19,200 nt of DNA. Origin: Chlamydiota bacterium (lineage in GTDB: Bacteria; Chlamydiota; Chlamydiia; Chlamydiales; SM23-39). A model generated the notes under the pieces. The model had not been told where the DNA came from. It saw nothing but the letters and a program-made list of their open reading frames with translations, and did not search any database. The position numbers and the translations under genes are program-made. Shown here piece after piece: positions 7,816 to 17,389 of the stretch (within the stretch, counting starts at the first letter, position 1; each line of letters opens with the position of its first letter). The stretch covers positions 1-19,200 of the forward strand of contig JBCDEZ010000030.1 in the NCBI GenBank assembly GCA_039179045.1. The letters run 5' to 3'.

Positions 7816-10529
7816 TCGCAATACTTTTTCGCAAGGAGGTACTCCTGCGTTTTTTCGATCGTAAAGGAGAACTTGCGTACGAGTGCGTGCATCTGTTCGT
7901 TTTCTTCCAAAAGTTCTGCCAGAACAAGTTGGATATTCTCTTGCTTTGCAATGGCAAGGATGCTCTCCATGAGAGCTGATCCAATCCCCTGATTTTGCCG
8001 CTCATCTTTGACCATCATAGTGAGAAGCGCATTTTTAGAACCGGGAATCTTGCTCAAGCGGACAACCCCTACGACCTCGTCTCCGACAAGAGCTAAAAGA
8101 GTGATGTCTCTTTCATAATCGCTAAAGCACATCTGCCGTACCCGTGCCATGGTCGTATCTTCATCGTATTGCAAAGACTGTGCGTAGCGAAGACGCAAGC
8201 TTGTTTCGGAAAGCTGCCGGTGGAATTGTAAGATATCAGGAATATCTTCGGGAAGAACCGGCCGAATATGGAGCATTACATTCGTATCAAGGCCCTGTGC
8301 TGAGATCCACTCTACCGGGTAGGGGCGAATAGCCAAGGGATGTCTGTTTTCTTGCTCTTCGTAGAGGACGATCCGCGCATCGAGGGCGATCATCCGCTCT
8401 TCATTGACCAGTAAAGGATTGATGTCACACTCTTTGATCCAAGGCTCTTGAGATATGATGTGACTGAAGCGAACCAGAAGAGATGCGAGTTTATCGAGAG
8501 GTAATGCCGCTTTGCCCCGTACGCCTTGCAAAGCGCGATAGATCTTCGTCTGTTCCATCATCCTTGTCGCCAAAGTGCTCGTCAAAGGAGGAAGTGCAAG
8601 AGCGCGGTCTTGGAATACTTCGACTAATTGCCCTCCTAAACCGAAAAGAATCGTAGGCCCAAATTCAGGATCGACAGATGAGCCCAAAATCAGCTCGTAC
8701 CCCTCTAGGGAAATCATAGGCTGGACGCTCACACCTTGAAAGTCTTCTTTTGTCGCTTTTGCCGCTACATTTTTCTCGATCCTTTCGTAAGCGTGGGCCA
8801 CATCTTCCAAGGTCTTCAGGTTGAGCTGGACTCCCCCCACATCTGACTTGTGGGTAATGGTAGAAGAGTGGAGCTTCAAGACAACAGGAAAGCCGATCGC
8901 TTGCGCATGCTCTTGTGCTTCTTTTACGCTCGAACCGACAAGCGTCTCGGCAACGTCGATGCCATAGAAGCGCAACAGCTTTTTCGCCTCATACTCGGTC
9001 AAGATCGTTCTCTTTTCTGCTCGCGCTTTTTGTAGCGTTTTTTGGATGAACTCAGTCCTCTCTTCCACCTTGCTGTAGGGAAGCTCATCCGATTTTTGAG
9101 GCGTCTCGTAGAGAGATTCGAGATTGTGCGCATAGCGCCACATATAGGCAAAAGCCTTGGCCGCCTCATCAGGATATTCGAAAGAGGGAATCTTGGCCTG
9201 GTTGAGAATCTGGATTCCTTCTTGCACCATTGAGCCACCCATCCAACTGGCAAAAAGGGGCTTTTTCCCATCTGCTTGCGTAGCTAAATGCTCGGCGCAG
9301 GCGGTCGGGTCGGTCATGTCTTGTGGTGTGAGGATGACCAAAGTGCCATCTGACTCATCGCTTTCCTGCGCGATTTTCACCGCTTGTGCGTAGGTTTCAG
9401 GGCTCGCGTCTCCTAAAATATCGATCGGGTTGTTCCGACTCCACTGAGGAGGCAATAGCGCATCGAAAGCAGCAAAACTCTTCTCTCCTAGCTCGGAGAG
9501 CGCTCCCTGGTTTTCGATGAGAGCGTCCGTCGCAATAACACCTGGACCGCCTGCATTGGTGACAATGCTCAAGTGAGGCCCTTTCGAACGGGGCTGCTTC
9601 GAAAGGATATCTGCCATACTAAAGAGGTCTGCGATTGTGTCCACACGCAAAACCCCCGCACGTGCAAGCGCTGCATTGAGTACATCATCAGATCCTGCTA
9701 AAGCTCCTGTATGCGAAGCTGCTGCCTTCGCAGACTCTTCACTTTTGCCCGCTTTGATGAGGATGATCGGCTTGTTCAGCGCCACTTCTCTTGCAGCTGA
9801 CAGAAAAGAGCGGGGATCTCCGATGCTCTCCATGTAGATCAAAATACTTTTGGTAGCAGAATCTGATCCGAAGTAATCGATCAGATCTCCCCAACTAATA
9901 TCGATCATCGAGCCGATCGACACGATGGAGCTAAAACCCACCTTTTGCTCCAAGCTCCAGTCAAGAACCGCTGTAAGAAGAGCGCCCGACTGGCTGATGA
10001 ATGCCAGATTGCCCGGGTGTGCAATGTCTGCTGCAAACGTAGCGTTGAGGCCGAGAATTGGATTCATTACACCCAAACAATTGGGCCCAATGATCCGAAT
10101 GTTCGACTCTGAAGCGATCTCCATGATCTCTTGTTCGAGCTTTTGTCCCGGTTCTCCCATCTCTTTGAACCCGGCAGAAATGATCACAAGCGAGCGTACC
10201 TTAGCCTGGGCGCACTCGCGCACAAGCGATGCGACCGTTTTTGCAGGAGTTACAATGATCCCAAGATCGATCCTTTCAGGAATAGTAGCAATATTCGGAT
10301 AGGCTTTGAGTCCCATAATTGAAGAACGCTTCGGGTTGACAGGGAAGATCACACCTCCAAAGGGCGTCTTGAGTAAATTCGTGATGAGAGTCCTTCCCAC
10401 ACTATGCTCCCGTTCACTCGCACCGATGACGGCAACGACCTTGGGAGAAAATACCGCATCGAGCTCTTGATAGGGCCGGTGCAAAATATTCATAGAAGGG
10501 TCGAACTTAGAGTGCTCCATAGCTTGCAT
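7803..10529 (-). CDS. Bifunctional acetate-CoA ligase (ADP-forming) family / GNAT acetyltransferase (Pat-like)
   Basis: CoA-binding VAVIGAS and [41 protein letters not shown]-grasp HKSDVGGV and DINPL, plus a C-terminal GNAT motif A (QNQGIGSAL). Confidence 0.93.
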   Translation of the reverse strand: MQAMEHSKFDPSMNILHRPYQELDAVFSPKVVAVIGASEREHSVGRTLITNLLKTPFGGVIFPVNPKRSSIMGLKAYPNIATIPERIDLGIIVTPAKTVASLVRECAQAKVRSLVIISAGFKEMGEPGQKLEQEIMEIASESNIRIIGPNCLGVMNPILGLNATFAADIAHPGNLAFISQSGALLTAVLDWSLEQKVGFSSIVSIGSMIDISWGDLIDYFGSDSATKSILIYMESIGDPRSFLSAAREVALNKPIILIKAGKSEESAKAAASHTGALAGSDDVLNAALARAGVLRVDTIADLFSMADILSKQPRSKGPHLSIVTNAGGPGVIATDALIENQGALSELGEKSFAAFDALLPPQWSRNNPIDILGDASPETYAQAVKIAQESDESDGTLVILTPQDMTDPTACAEHLATQADGKKPLFASWMGGSMVQEGIQILNQAKIPSFEYPDEAAKAFAYMWRYAHNLESLYETPQKSDELPYSKVEERTEFIQKTLQKARAEKRTILTEYEAKKLLRFYGIDVAETLVGSSVKEAQEHAQAIGFPVVLKLHSSTITHKSDVGGVQLNLKTLEDVAHAYERIEKNVAAKATKEDFQGVSVQPMISLEGYELILGSSVDPEFGPTILFGLGGQLVEVFQDRALALPPLTSTLATRMMEQTKIYRALQGVRGKAALPLDKLASLLVRFSHIISQEPWIKECDINPLLVNEERMIALDARIVLYEEQENRHPLAIRPYPVEWISAQGLDTNVMLHIRPVLPEDIPDILQFHRQLSETSLRLRYAQSLQYDEDTTMARVRQMCFSDYERDITLLALVGDEVVGVVRLSKIPGSKNALLTMMVKDERQNQGIGSALMESILAIAKQENIQLVLAELLEENEQMHALVRKFSFTIEKTQEYLLAKKYCDQLP

Positions 10530-10808
10530 TCCTTGCGTATTTCCGGGAAAAAGGGATCCAAAGATCTTTTTTTAAGATAACAGATTCCAAAAGTTTTGCA
10601 AGGAGAGATCAGATAAAGAAACGTATAATTTAAACTGTATACTTATTTCGCTTGAAGAATTGAGTTAGATAGAAGAAGAGAGGTGGAAACTAGTTGTCAT
10701 CCGTTTTTTCAGTTGGTGCAAAACCTCTAGACTGGGCTAGGGCAAACTCTCCAAAAATCCCACCTTTTTGCCTATGCAAGAATTTCTTTACACAAATCTT
10801 GATTCAAG

Positions 10809-11372
10809 ATGGGTATCTACTCTTACCTAAATAAGAGTCAGATGATGGGAATAGTTAAGGAAAGCAACAGATGCTTTCAAATAACAAACAGGTACCCATT
10901 GCAGAAACTCTGGGAGGCAATCGCCGCTTTTGCAATCAAGATGGAAGCTACCACCCCAAACGTTCGTACAGCAATTCGAAGAATTTGTTGACGAATCAAG
11001 GCAAGGTGTAAAAATGAGAAAAGGCCCCCTGATACGCTACGAGACAAATGTGACATTTTTGTAAGCGTCTTCAACGAAAATTCCCACCTATTTCTTCCTT
11101 ACTTTGTATTGACCCATATGTCTCAGGTGACAGAAGCAAAAAATCCAGACCTAAAAAATAGATCGACTCCCGAACAAGCATTTTTGCTCTTTTCTAGAAT
11201 ACGTAACGATTCTCTTGGAGAAAAAGAACCATCATATCTCTTTGCCCACTCTTCTTTGGAAGAAAGTTATCCTTTGTTTCGTAATCTAGCAAAATTTGTT
11301 CCCAAAATTGCAGAACCTGGAGACCTCAGAGAGCAGAAGATGACAGAAAATATGCTGCGGCTTACACAGTAA
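10809..11372 (+). pseudogene. Probable decayed gene of unknown function
   Basis: ORFs 10809-10991 and 11109-11372 share a frame and are separated only by a TGA at 10989-10991; 10992-11108 has no stop. The region lies in a 1.1-kb gap in an otherwise tightly packed window. No motif recognised. Confidence 0.4.
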
Positions 11373-11615
11373 GATCCCGATTCTTTTGTCACCTTTTTAC
11401 GTTGTAAGCTAGCGTCTGTCCTACTCATCATGATCCGTCTTTTGTCAAGGGATCTGTTTTTCTGCAAATGCGGATCGAAAAGAATGTTTGATCTGCTGTC
11501 AAACTAGGCTTTTGAATCGCCTCAATTCCACTCCCGTTCCTACGCTCTTATCGTATCCTATGTAAAGGAGTCCCGTTTTTTAGCAGTTCCTCTCTGAAAA
11601 ACCACGGAATGCGCC

Positions 11616-11644
11616 TTGACTTCGTCTCAATAAGGATGGAAAAT
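11616..11644 (+). promoter_or_regulatory. Possible sigma70/sigma66-type promoter for the EVE gene
   Basis: TTGACT-N17-GAAAAT, ending 23 nt upstream of the ATG, with a GGAG SD before 11668. The -10 element is imperfect. Confidence 0.35.
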
Positions 11645-11667
11645 GAATCGTTAATTCGGAGAGAAAA

Positions 11668-12153
11668 ATGCGCTACTGGGTGATGAAATCGGAACCAAAA
11701 TCCTACTCAATCGATGATTTCGAAGAAGAAAAAATCACACCTTGGGAAGGAGTGCGCAACTACCAGGCAAGAAATTTCATGATGTGGGAAATGTCGGTGG
11801 GAGACCTACTTATTTTTTACCATTCAAACACACCTCCTTTAGGCGCCGCGGGGGTGGGAAAAGTTGTCTCTGCTCCCTATCCCGATCCAACTGCTCTCGA
11901 CCCTGCAAGCCGCTACTTCGATCCTAGAGCAAGCTTAAAGAGGCCCATCTGGTATCTTATAGAGATCGCATTTGTTTACCGGTTTGCCCGTTTCGTTCCC
12001 TTATGTGAGATGCGTAGCGAGCCTCTTTTAGAGGGCAATATGTTGGTGCGAAAGGCCTCACGCCTATCAGTGCAACCCTTAACCGAAGAGGGATTTCATG
12101 CGATCTGTGCTATGGGCCAGGATCGGAAAACCGATCCTTGTCCAATTGGATGA
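11668..12153 (+). CDS. EVE domain protein (PUA-like, THYN1-type)
   Basis: YWVMKSEP..YSIDD, WEGVRNYQARNFM, GDLLIFYHS, PYPDPTALDP.SRYFDP and SRLSVQP. GGAG SD. Confidence 0.95.
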   Translation: MRYWVMKSEPKSYSIDDFEEEKITPWEGVRNYQARNFMMWEMSVGDLLIFYHSNTPPLGAAGVGKVVSAPYPDPTALDPASRYFDPRASLKRPIWYLIEIAFVYRFARFVPLCEMRSEPLLEGNMLVRKASRLSVQPLTEEGFHAICAMGQDRKTDPCPIG

Positions 12154-12982
12154 GTGTATCTGCGTATGCTTTTTTTTTGGCCAAATAGGCCTCTTGCCAA
12201 CCAGGGCAGCGTCTTTGCACATATGCATCTAAGGTCTTGACCGAAGTTGGAAAAATCGAGTAGATCTCCTCCTGATCGAGGAGTTGGTACCTCCCGAGAT
12301 CGATCTCAAAAAGCTCTCCCTCCTTTGAAAGTCCCGTATTGCGCAAAGGACAAGGATCTCGATTGACGATTCCCCTTTCAACCAAAGCGATCTGCCAGAA
12401 GAAATAACGTTCCACCCAATGCAAAAAAGCGCATTGATTGCCAGAGGCGCAAGCCTCTTCAAGAGCATCTCCAAGGATGCGCGCTCTTTTCTGCAAAACG
12501 AAGTGCGTTCCGCTCAGATCAACACGATGTACGCGGCCCAAGGCATCAGCAATAGTGACGCATCCGCCCCTCTCATAGGAAGATCCTTGGAGCAAGAGTA
12601 GGCCACTTTTTTCTCCTAATACCTCGAGAGCATACTCGTGGCTTGTAAGCCAGCTATTTCGAGAAAAAGAGCATGGTCGTTGATCGAAAGAAAGAAACCT
12701 TCCGAGAAAGGAAAAGATGCCACCACCCGTTCTATGGTGACGGAAAAACTTGAGCACATGTGAACCATCTCCACTTGCAAAAACATAGGCTTGACGCCCC
12801 TTGCCTAAATAACGCCACGTCTCTTCTCGCAAACAGGCGGGCAACGAGCATGTCTTTCTAGAAGAAAAAGCTCCAGATCGGAGAATTTTTTGCGGGGAAA
12901 ATCCGCCAGTTAGCGCGTGCCATAAAAGATTGCCACCTACTGCAATCAACAGGAAACAGGCCATGGACCAAAAATGCTTCAT
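12110..12982 (-). CDS. Membrane-anchored or secreted protein with protein-kinase-like motifs
   Basis: Start moved to ATG 12982 (MKHFWSMACFLLIAVGG, hydrophobic N-terminus) because the longer ORF overlaps the divergent gene. Motifs LGKGRQAYV, VLKFF, NRDPCPLRN and IDLG. Confidence 0.65.
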   Translation of the reverse strand: MKHFWSMACFLLIAVGGNLLWHALTGGFSPQKILRSGAFSSRKTCSLPACLREETWRYLGKGRQAYVFASGDGSHVLKFFRHHRTGGGIFSFLGRFLSFDQRPCSFSRNSWLTSHEYALEVLGEKSGLLLLQGSSYERGGCVTIADALGRVHRVDLSGTHFVLQKRARILGDALEEACASGNQCAFLHWVERYFFWQIALVERGIVNRDPCPLRNTGLSKEGELFEIDLGRYQLLDQEEIYSIFPTSVKTLDAYVQRRCPGWQEAYLAKKKAYADTLIQLDKDRFSDPGP

Positions 12983-13146
12983 GATTGATCCCAAGTCATT
13001 GATTCTAGATTCCTTGTTCGCTCTCCAGTTTCTGCAACAAGCGCGCTTTTTTCTCCTCGCAAAAAACAGGCTTTGCCTTGGAACTTCCTGCATGCTAAGA
13101 TAACTAAAAAATCCTTTTCTCAGAAAGAATTTGTGTAGGTCGTTAG

Positions 13147-13716
13147 ATGTTTGACATGTTTTTCCAAGAACCCGATGTTTCGAAAAAGCCCAAACAGGCA
13201 ACAGAGTTTTCTGTAACAAAGTTTGGGGAGCCTCTGCATAAGATCCAGCCTCGACCCTATAAAAAGCTTTCCTACTCTGAGCTTGTCTGTACAGACGAGG
13301 AAAAATTCCACATCTGCCTCATTATCAGAGGTATAGCAGAACAAGGATACATACAATTACTCAACAATAAATCCACGTTCGATGAGTGGAAAGAGAAAGT
13401 CAAGCGGGTGCATCCCCTCAAATTTTTGGAGTTCATTTTCCAGAATAGTGACCTCAGTGAACACATGGTAGCGATCATAGGCGATTTTGCTAAGGGAATG
13501 TACTTTGCAAATGAGTTGAGCGCCAACTTACAAGCACGCCACGCAGTAGATGATGTTGTTGTGCATATCCCGGATTTCGCAGCCAAGCTTGCTCTCCCCG
13601 TGAAAGTCCTGCATGACTACTGTGTCAAGGAGAAGTGGCAATCCCTCCTTTTCTATTTAGTCGAGCAAAAAAATCCCCCAAAGAACGGAAACACATTGCA
13701 AGAGCAGGATAACTAG
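13147..13716 (+). CDS. Hypothetical protein
   Basis: 189-aa ORF filling the gap between neighbours. The VHPLKFLEFIF segment resembles hypothetical proteins I associate with environmental chlamydiae (not verified). Confidence 0.7.
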   Translation: MFDMFFQEPDVSKKPKQATEFSVTKFGEPLHKIQPRPYKKLSYSELVCTDEEKFHICLIIRGIAEQGYIQLLNNKSTFDEWKEKVKRVHPLKFLEFIFQNSDLSEHMVAIIGDFAKGMYFANELSANLQARHAVDDVVVHIPDFAAKLALPVKVLHDYCVKEKWQSLLFYLVEQKNPPKNGNTLQEQDN

Positions 13717-13852
13717 TTCTACTTAGTCGGGCTTGAAAAAAGTTAAGGCTAGAGTTCCAGGAAAAAATCCGAAATTTCTGCCCTGAATTCTTAAAGCTTG
13801 GTCTAAAGAAAAATTCCTTTCTTGCGGAATGGTCTACAGTCTTGACTCGCGA

Positions 13853-15325
13853 CTAGTCCTGCCTGCTTTTTCCAGAAATCACCGCTCCATTCTGCACTTT
13901 TTCTGCGCATCCCACACTTTCGAACCGAGCTTTCTCTCCCAGTTGAAAACCTGCATGACTAGCCTGCTGCTCAGAATGGACAGAGTCTTTTTTTCGATCC
14001 AATCGAGCAAAAAAATCCTCTAGAAAAAGGCTACATGTTTCAGGAGTGACTAGCTTGGTCTGCTTGATAGCTTGCTGGAGATAGGCAGCGTTGTCCTTCT
14101 CCCAAGCAGCGATGCCCGAGATCTGTTTCTCCTCACTGTGAATCCAAATTTCTCCCCCTTCTCCTTTTTCTGCCCTTGCTCGAACCGTGGCCAAAAGCTC
14201 CATGGTTGTGCTTCCCCCGGATTTGGTCACACGCAGGTCACTGCGGTGCATCAAAGGCGCCAGGAACTCGGCTTTTTGCATCGGAAGGGGCAGTAGATAT
14301 AACGAAGAGGGAAGAGACGCAAAAGTTGTTAAGATCTCAGTAGGAAGGTTGAGAGCGCTCCCGCAACAAATCACAGCATGTACCGTGCGGTTCGAGTGGC
14401 TGCACACTTCCGCGAGCGACGACAGGTAAGCGATGAGCGCCTTTTCCGGGGGATTCGTGCCCAATAGGAATAAGAAGAGGAGATCGGTATTTTTCAAGGT
14501 CAACGAGACACCGGTTTTCTGAAAGGAGTACTGTGCACTCCCTTGCAAAGCCTTGCTCAAATAAGCCACCTGATCCAGATCTAGAGCAAAAAAGAGCTGA
14601 GAAATCTTCTCTTGACACTTGATGTAAGGGAAAAATTCCTCTCTTGCGAAGTGATCTACAATCTTGACTTGTGACTCATCTAGCCCAGCGCGCTTTTTCC
14701 AGAAATCAGCATTCGATTCTCCATTTTTTAAGAGGGGGCGGATACTCATTACTCGAACGAGGCTTCTCTGGGAATCTGTGAGACGTCTGATTCTCGAAAG
14801 AAAGTGGGTAGCGCCCTGAGTAGGAGGATCGGTCATCACCTTTTCGAGACAAAGCTCTTTTTCACGATGGCGGCGGAAAGTCGCATTGTAGCGGCAGATA
14901 GCGCGCATGATCGCTCCGGTAGCAAGGGGCTGCGTATCAACAAAGCGGTCAGGTCGCAATGTCCTCAACATGCGACTGCAAGAATAGTACACGGATAAAA
15001 AAAGAAGGGCATCAATAAACCTTTGCCGGTTAGCCATCCAATGCAGGGAAGCCACATTACCACGTATTTGCGCTAGGTTCCATCTACGGGCGAAATATTT
15101 GCCCATAAATCCAGGAAGCCAATCTTCTAGAAGATCTACCATTACAAACTTGAAGCTTTCCCCCTCGAGACATTCCCTTTGCATTTGCTTGCGTACTGCC
15201 TCAGCCCCAGTAATATGTCCCCCTCCCGCGGAAGAAGTAATGATGACAACAGTAGAAATATTGTTTAAAGACATGAAAACTATCCCCTTTGGAAAAACTT
15301 TTACATAAAAAGAGGAACTTTTCAA
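13853..15325 (-). CDS. GT-B glycosyltransferase, MGDG synthase / UgtP-like (GT28)
   Basis: N-terminal ITSSAGGGH, DTQPLA, VMTD and C-terminal LMHRSDLRVTKSGGSTTME plus WEKDNA. Start is TTG 15325 (TTGA overlap) or ATG 15274. Confidence 0.7.
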   Translation of the reverse strand: MKSSSFYVKVFPKGIVFMSLNNISTVVIITSSAGGGHITGAEAVRKQMQRECLEGESFKFVMVDLLEDWLPGFMGKYFARRWNLAQIRGNVASLHWMANRQRFIDALLFLSVYYSCSRMLRTLRPDRFVDTQPLATGAIMRAICRYNATFRRHREKELCLEKVMTDPPTQGATHFLSRIRRLTDSQRSLVRVMSIRPLLKNGESNADFWKKRAGLDESQVKIVDHFAREEFFPYIKCQEKISQLFFALDLDQVAYLSKALQGSAQYSFQKTGVSLTLKNTDLLFLFLLGTNPPEKALIAYLSSLAEVCSHSNRTVHAVICCGSALNLPTEILTTFASLPSSLYLLPLPMQKAEFLAPLMHRSDLRVTKSGGSTTMELLATVRARAEKGEGGEIWIHSEEKQISGIAAWEKDNAAYLQQAIKQTKLVTPETCSLFLEDFFARLDRKKDSVHSEQQASHAGFQLGEKARFESVGCAEKVQNGAVISGKSRQD

Positions 15326-15681
15326 GAACCAAAAAAAGCGCCTAAAAAAAGCATACCGAAAAAAGAGAAAATCTCTTCAAGAAACCCGGAGGCTTTGCCC
15401 GCTCGTTGTAAAAAAGCATGAGGTAGAACCAATCCTATCCAAAGAAGAGCTGCCAAGGCAAGGCCATGGAGCGTTGAGGGAGAACCGAAGACAAAAAGAA
15501 AAAAATGCATAGAAAATGCGAGCAACACGCTAGAAAAGTAGGCAAAAAGAGTTTTGTAGGAAAAAAAATTCCCATGAAAACGGGCTGTTTTCCCAAACAT
15601 CCAAGAAGAAAACCAGAGACGGTATAAAAGAAAATAAAGACTTCCTCCCACAAAAACCGCGAACCAATCGAAAGGCATCAT
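15322..15681 (-). CDS. DUF1761-like small membrane protein
   Basis: WFAVFVGG...LWFSSWMFGK pattern and GLALAALLWIGLVLP; about 4 hydrophobic segments. ATGA overlap with the upstream gene. Confidence 0.7.
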   Translation of the reverse strand: MMPFDWFAVFVGGSLYFLLYRLWFSSWMFGKTARFHGNFFSYKTLFAYFSSVLLAFSMHFFLFVFGSPSTLHGLALAALLWIGLVLPHAFLQRAGKASGFLEEIFSFFGMLFLGAFFGS

Positions 15682-16781
15682 CCTCCTATGGGTAGTGTGA
15701 GGACAGGCGCCTTGGTTTTTACAGCTCGGGACTGCAAATTGTAAAGCTGTAGCAAAAGAACGAAGGTTCTTTTTGAAGCGAGATCTTCCTCAGCAATGTA
15801 AAACCACCGATTTTTGTAGCGGATCGCCGCGTAGGCGCAAGAGGGCTTGCAGCAGGAATACCGGACATGTAAAAGACTTCCCATGATCGTTTGCCAGTCG
15901 AACAGGTCTCCCTCGGGGTCTCGGGTTACAGGCACAAAACCTGCGAGAATATCTTCTTCAGGTACTTCAACTCCTCCAGAGAGGTAGTACATGCAAGAGA
16001 GAATAGAACGGGGCATGATCCCGACCTTCTCTTTTCCATTGAAACCGAGCTGCAACCGGAAGCGATATGTATCCCCCCTTTTTTCCGCAGAGGACAAAAG
16101 ACCTGCTAGGCGCCTAGACTCCTCTCCTTGAATAGGAAAGCGTAGCTCCAGAGAGTCAAATACGGGCTCTGCATCACCCTTATCAGACACGCACTGACTC
16201 ATGTTCACACCAATTTGCAACTCCGAGCGCCTTTGGAAGTAGCGCAGCAAATCGGTCACTTCGAAAAAGCGCTCGTACTTTGGCATATAGTGGGGAATGG
16301 GGCTTGAAGCTTCGGGCGCATTGAAAAACGAGTCAAAGCTTTGCACAGCGATCCGGAAGACCAGACTCAAGTCCCATCCTGATAAGATCAAGTGCTGCAA
16401 GTTGCTCAGTTCGATGGGACTGAGTAGTTGGGAAGCAAAAGCATTCCCCTCTAGGGGGGTGTACTGAATGGTAGGCTGGTTCTGCCAGAAAAGCTCCCCG
16501 CCTAAAACTCCCGGGTTTTCAGAGGTGAACCCAGGAATCGGGATCTCGGCATTTCCCGAGCTACGGTAGGTAAACTGTGTTGTGATGTTGCTCACATTGA
16601 GAAAAAAGGGTGTGTCGAGATAGCGAAGGCGCACCAAATTGAGTAGCATTTGCTCATTATTGGTTCTTTGTAACGATTCATTGTAAGCAGCCCTACCTGA
16701 GTGGCCGTAAAAGGCAGAATAGCTACTCACCCCGCAAGAGGTCAAAAAAAAGGAAAAAATCAATCCTAGATAGCGTCTCAT
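15678..16781 (-). CDS. Conserved hypothetical lipoprotein
   Basis: Signal peptide with lipobox LTSC. Conserved-looking segments YNES....EQMLLNLVRLRY.DTPFFL, PTIQYTPL.G, Y..RWFYI..DLASK.TF and C-terminal PVLTLPIG. Confidence 0.8.
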   Translation of the reverse strand: MRRYLGLIFSFFLTSCGVSSYSAFYGHSGRAAYNESLQRTNNEQMLLNLVRLRYLDTPFFLNVSNITTQFTYRSSGNAEIPIPGFTSENPGVLGGELFWQNQPTIQYTPLEGNAFASQLLSPIELSNLQHLILSGWDLSLVFRIAVQSFDSFFNAPEASSPIPHYMPKYERFFEVTDLLRYFQRRSELQIGVNMSQCVSDKGDAEPVFDSLELRFPIQGEESRRLAGLLSSAEKRGDTYRFRLQLGFNGKEKVGIMPRSILSCMYYLSGGVEVPEEDILAGFVPVTRDPEGDLFDWQTIMGSLLHVRYSCCKPSCAYAAIRYKNRWFYIAEEDLASKRTFVLLLQLYNLQSRAVKTKAPVLTLPIGG

Positions 16782-17053
16782 CGCCTTTATATGTAAAAAA
16801 ACGGGGGATTAAAATCTATAGCTCGAGACAATTTTTGCGACAGGACCCTCCTTTTTCTACGCACAGCTTCGGAAAAGCGCCTTCCGCTTTAGAGCAGGCT
16901 CCCTCCGAGGAATGGGAAAAAGAGAGGCAATGCAAAAAGCTGTGTTGCTTTCCAAAGAAGAGGCATGCTAGAAAAGAGAAGAAGTCATGGCGGGAAAAAG
17001 AAGGAAAAAACATACGTTTCCAATCTCACCCCCCCGGATACCTGGAGTAGACT

Positions 17054-17389
17054 GTGCCTATACGAAAACCTTTTTCCATCCTTTTATTTTTCTATGCTGC
17101 TTTGATCGCGCTGTTAGGATTTTGGGGATATCAGAGCGCAGGAAGCGCCGCTTCTCTCTACGCGGGCCTATTTTTTGGGGCTGCTTGCCTCGTTGGATCT
17201 GCTCTGATGTTCATTGAAAGGCGTCTGGGATGCTACATCGGACTCTTCTCCTCGGGCTTTTTGAGCCTAGTTTTCTCGCTCCGTTTTTACAAAAATCCGC
17301 AGTTTTTCCGGGGAACCGCCCTTCTCATCAGTGCCCTTGTGTTCTTTGCTATGATCTATCAGACATACCAAATCAACCGGCGTCGTTGA
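17054..17389 (+). CDS. TMEM14 family small membrane protein
   Basis: GTG start with GGAG SD. Signature YAALIALLG.WGY..AGS.ASL.AGL and F..RFYK; 4 hydrophobic segments. Confidence 0.85.
   Translation: MPIRKPFSILLFFYAALIALLGFWGYQSAGSAASLYAGLFFGAACLVGSALMFIERRLGCYIGLFSSGFLSLVFSLRFYKNPQFFRGTALLISALVFFAMIYQTYQINRRR

Noticed and set aside
10989..10991. Selenocysteine or TGA recoding
   Set aside because: No recognisable selenoprotein motif or SECIS hairpin. TGA terminates other genes here and nearby frames have TAA/TAG breaks.
12983..13219. N-terminal extension of the 369-aa ORF
   Set aside because: It overlaps the divergent 13147 gene and buries the hydrophobic leader that begins at 12982.
11668..13716. 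EVE + kinase-like + hypothetical as a modification-dependent defence system
   Set aside because: The genes alternate in orientation, no nuclease is recognisable, and the EVE protein is the widespread stand-alone type.
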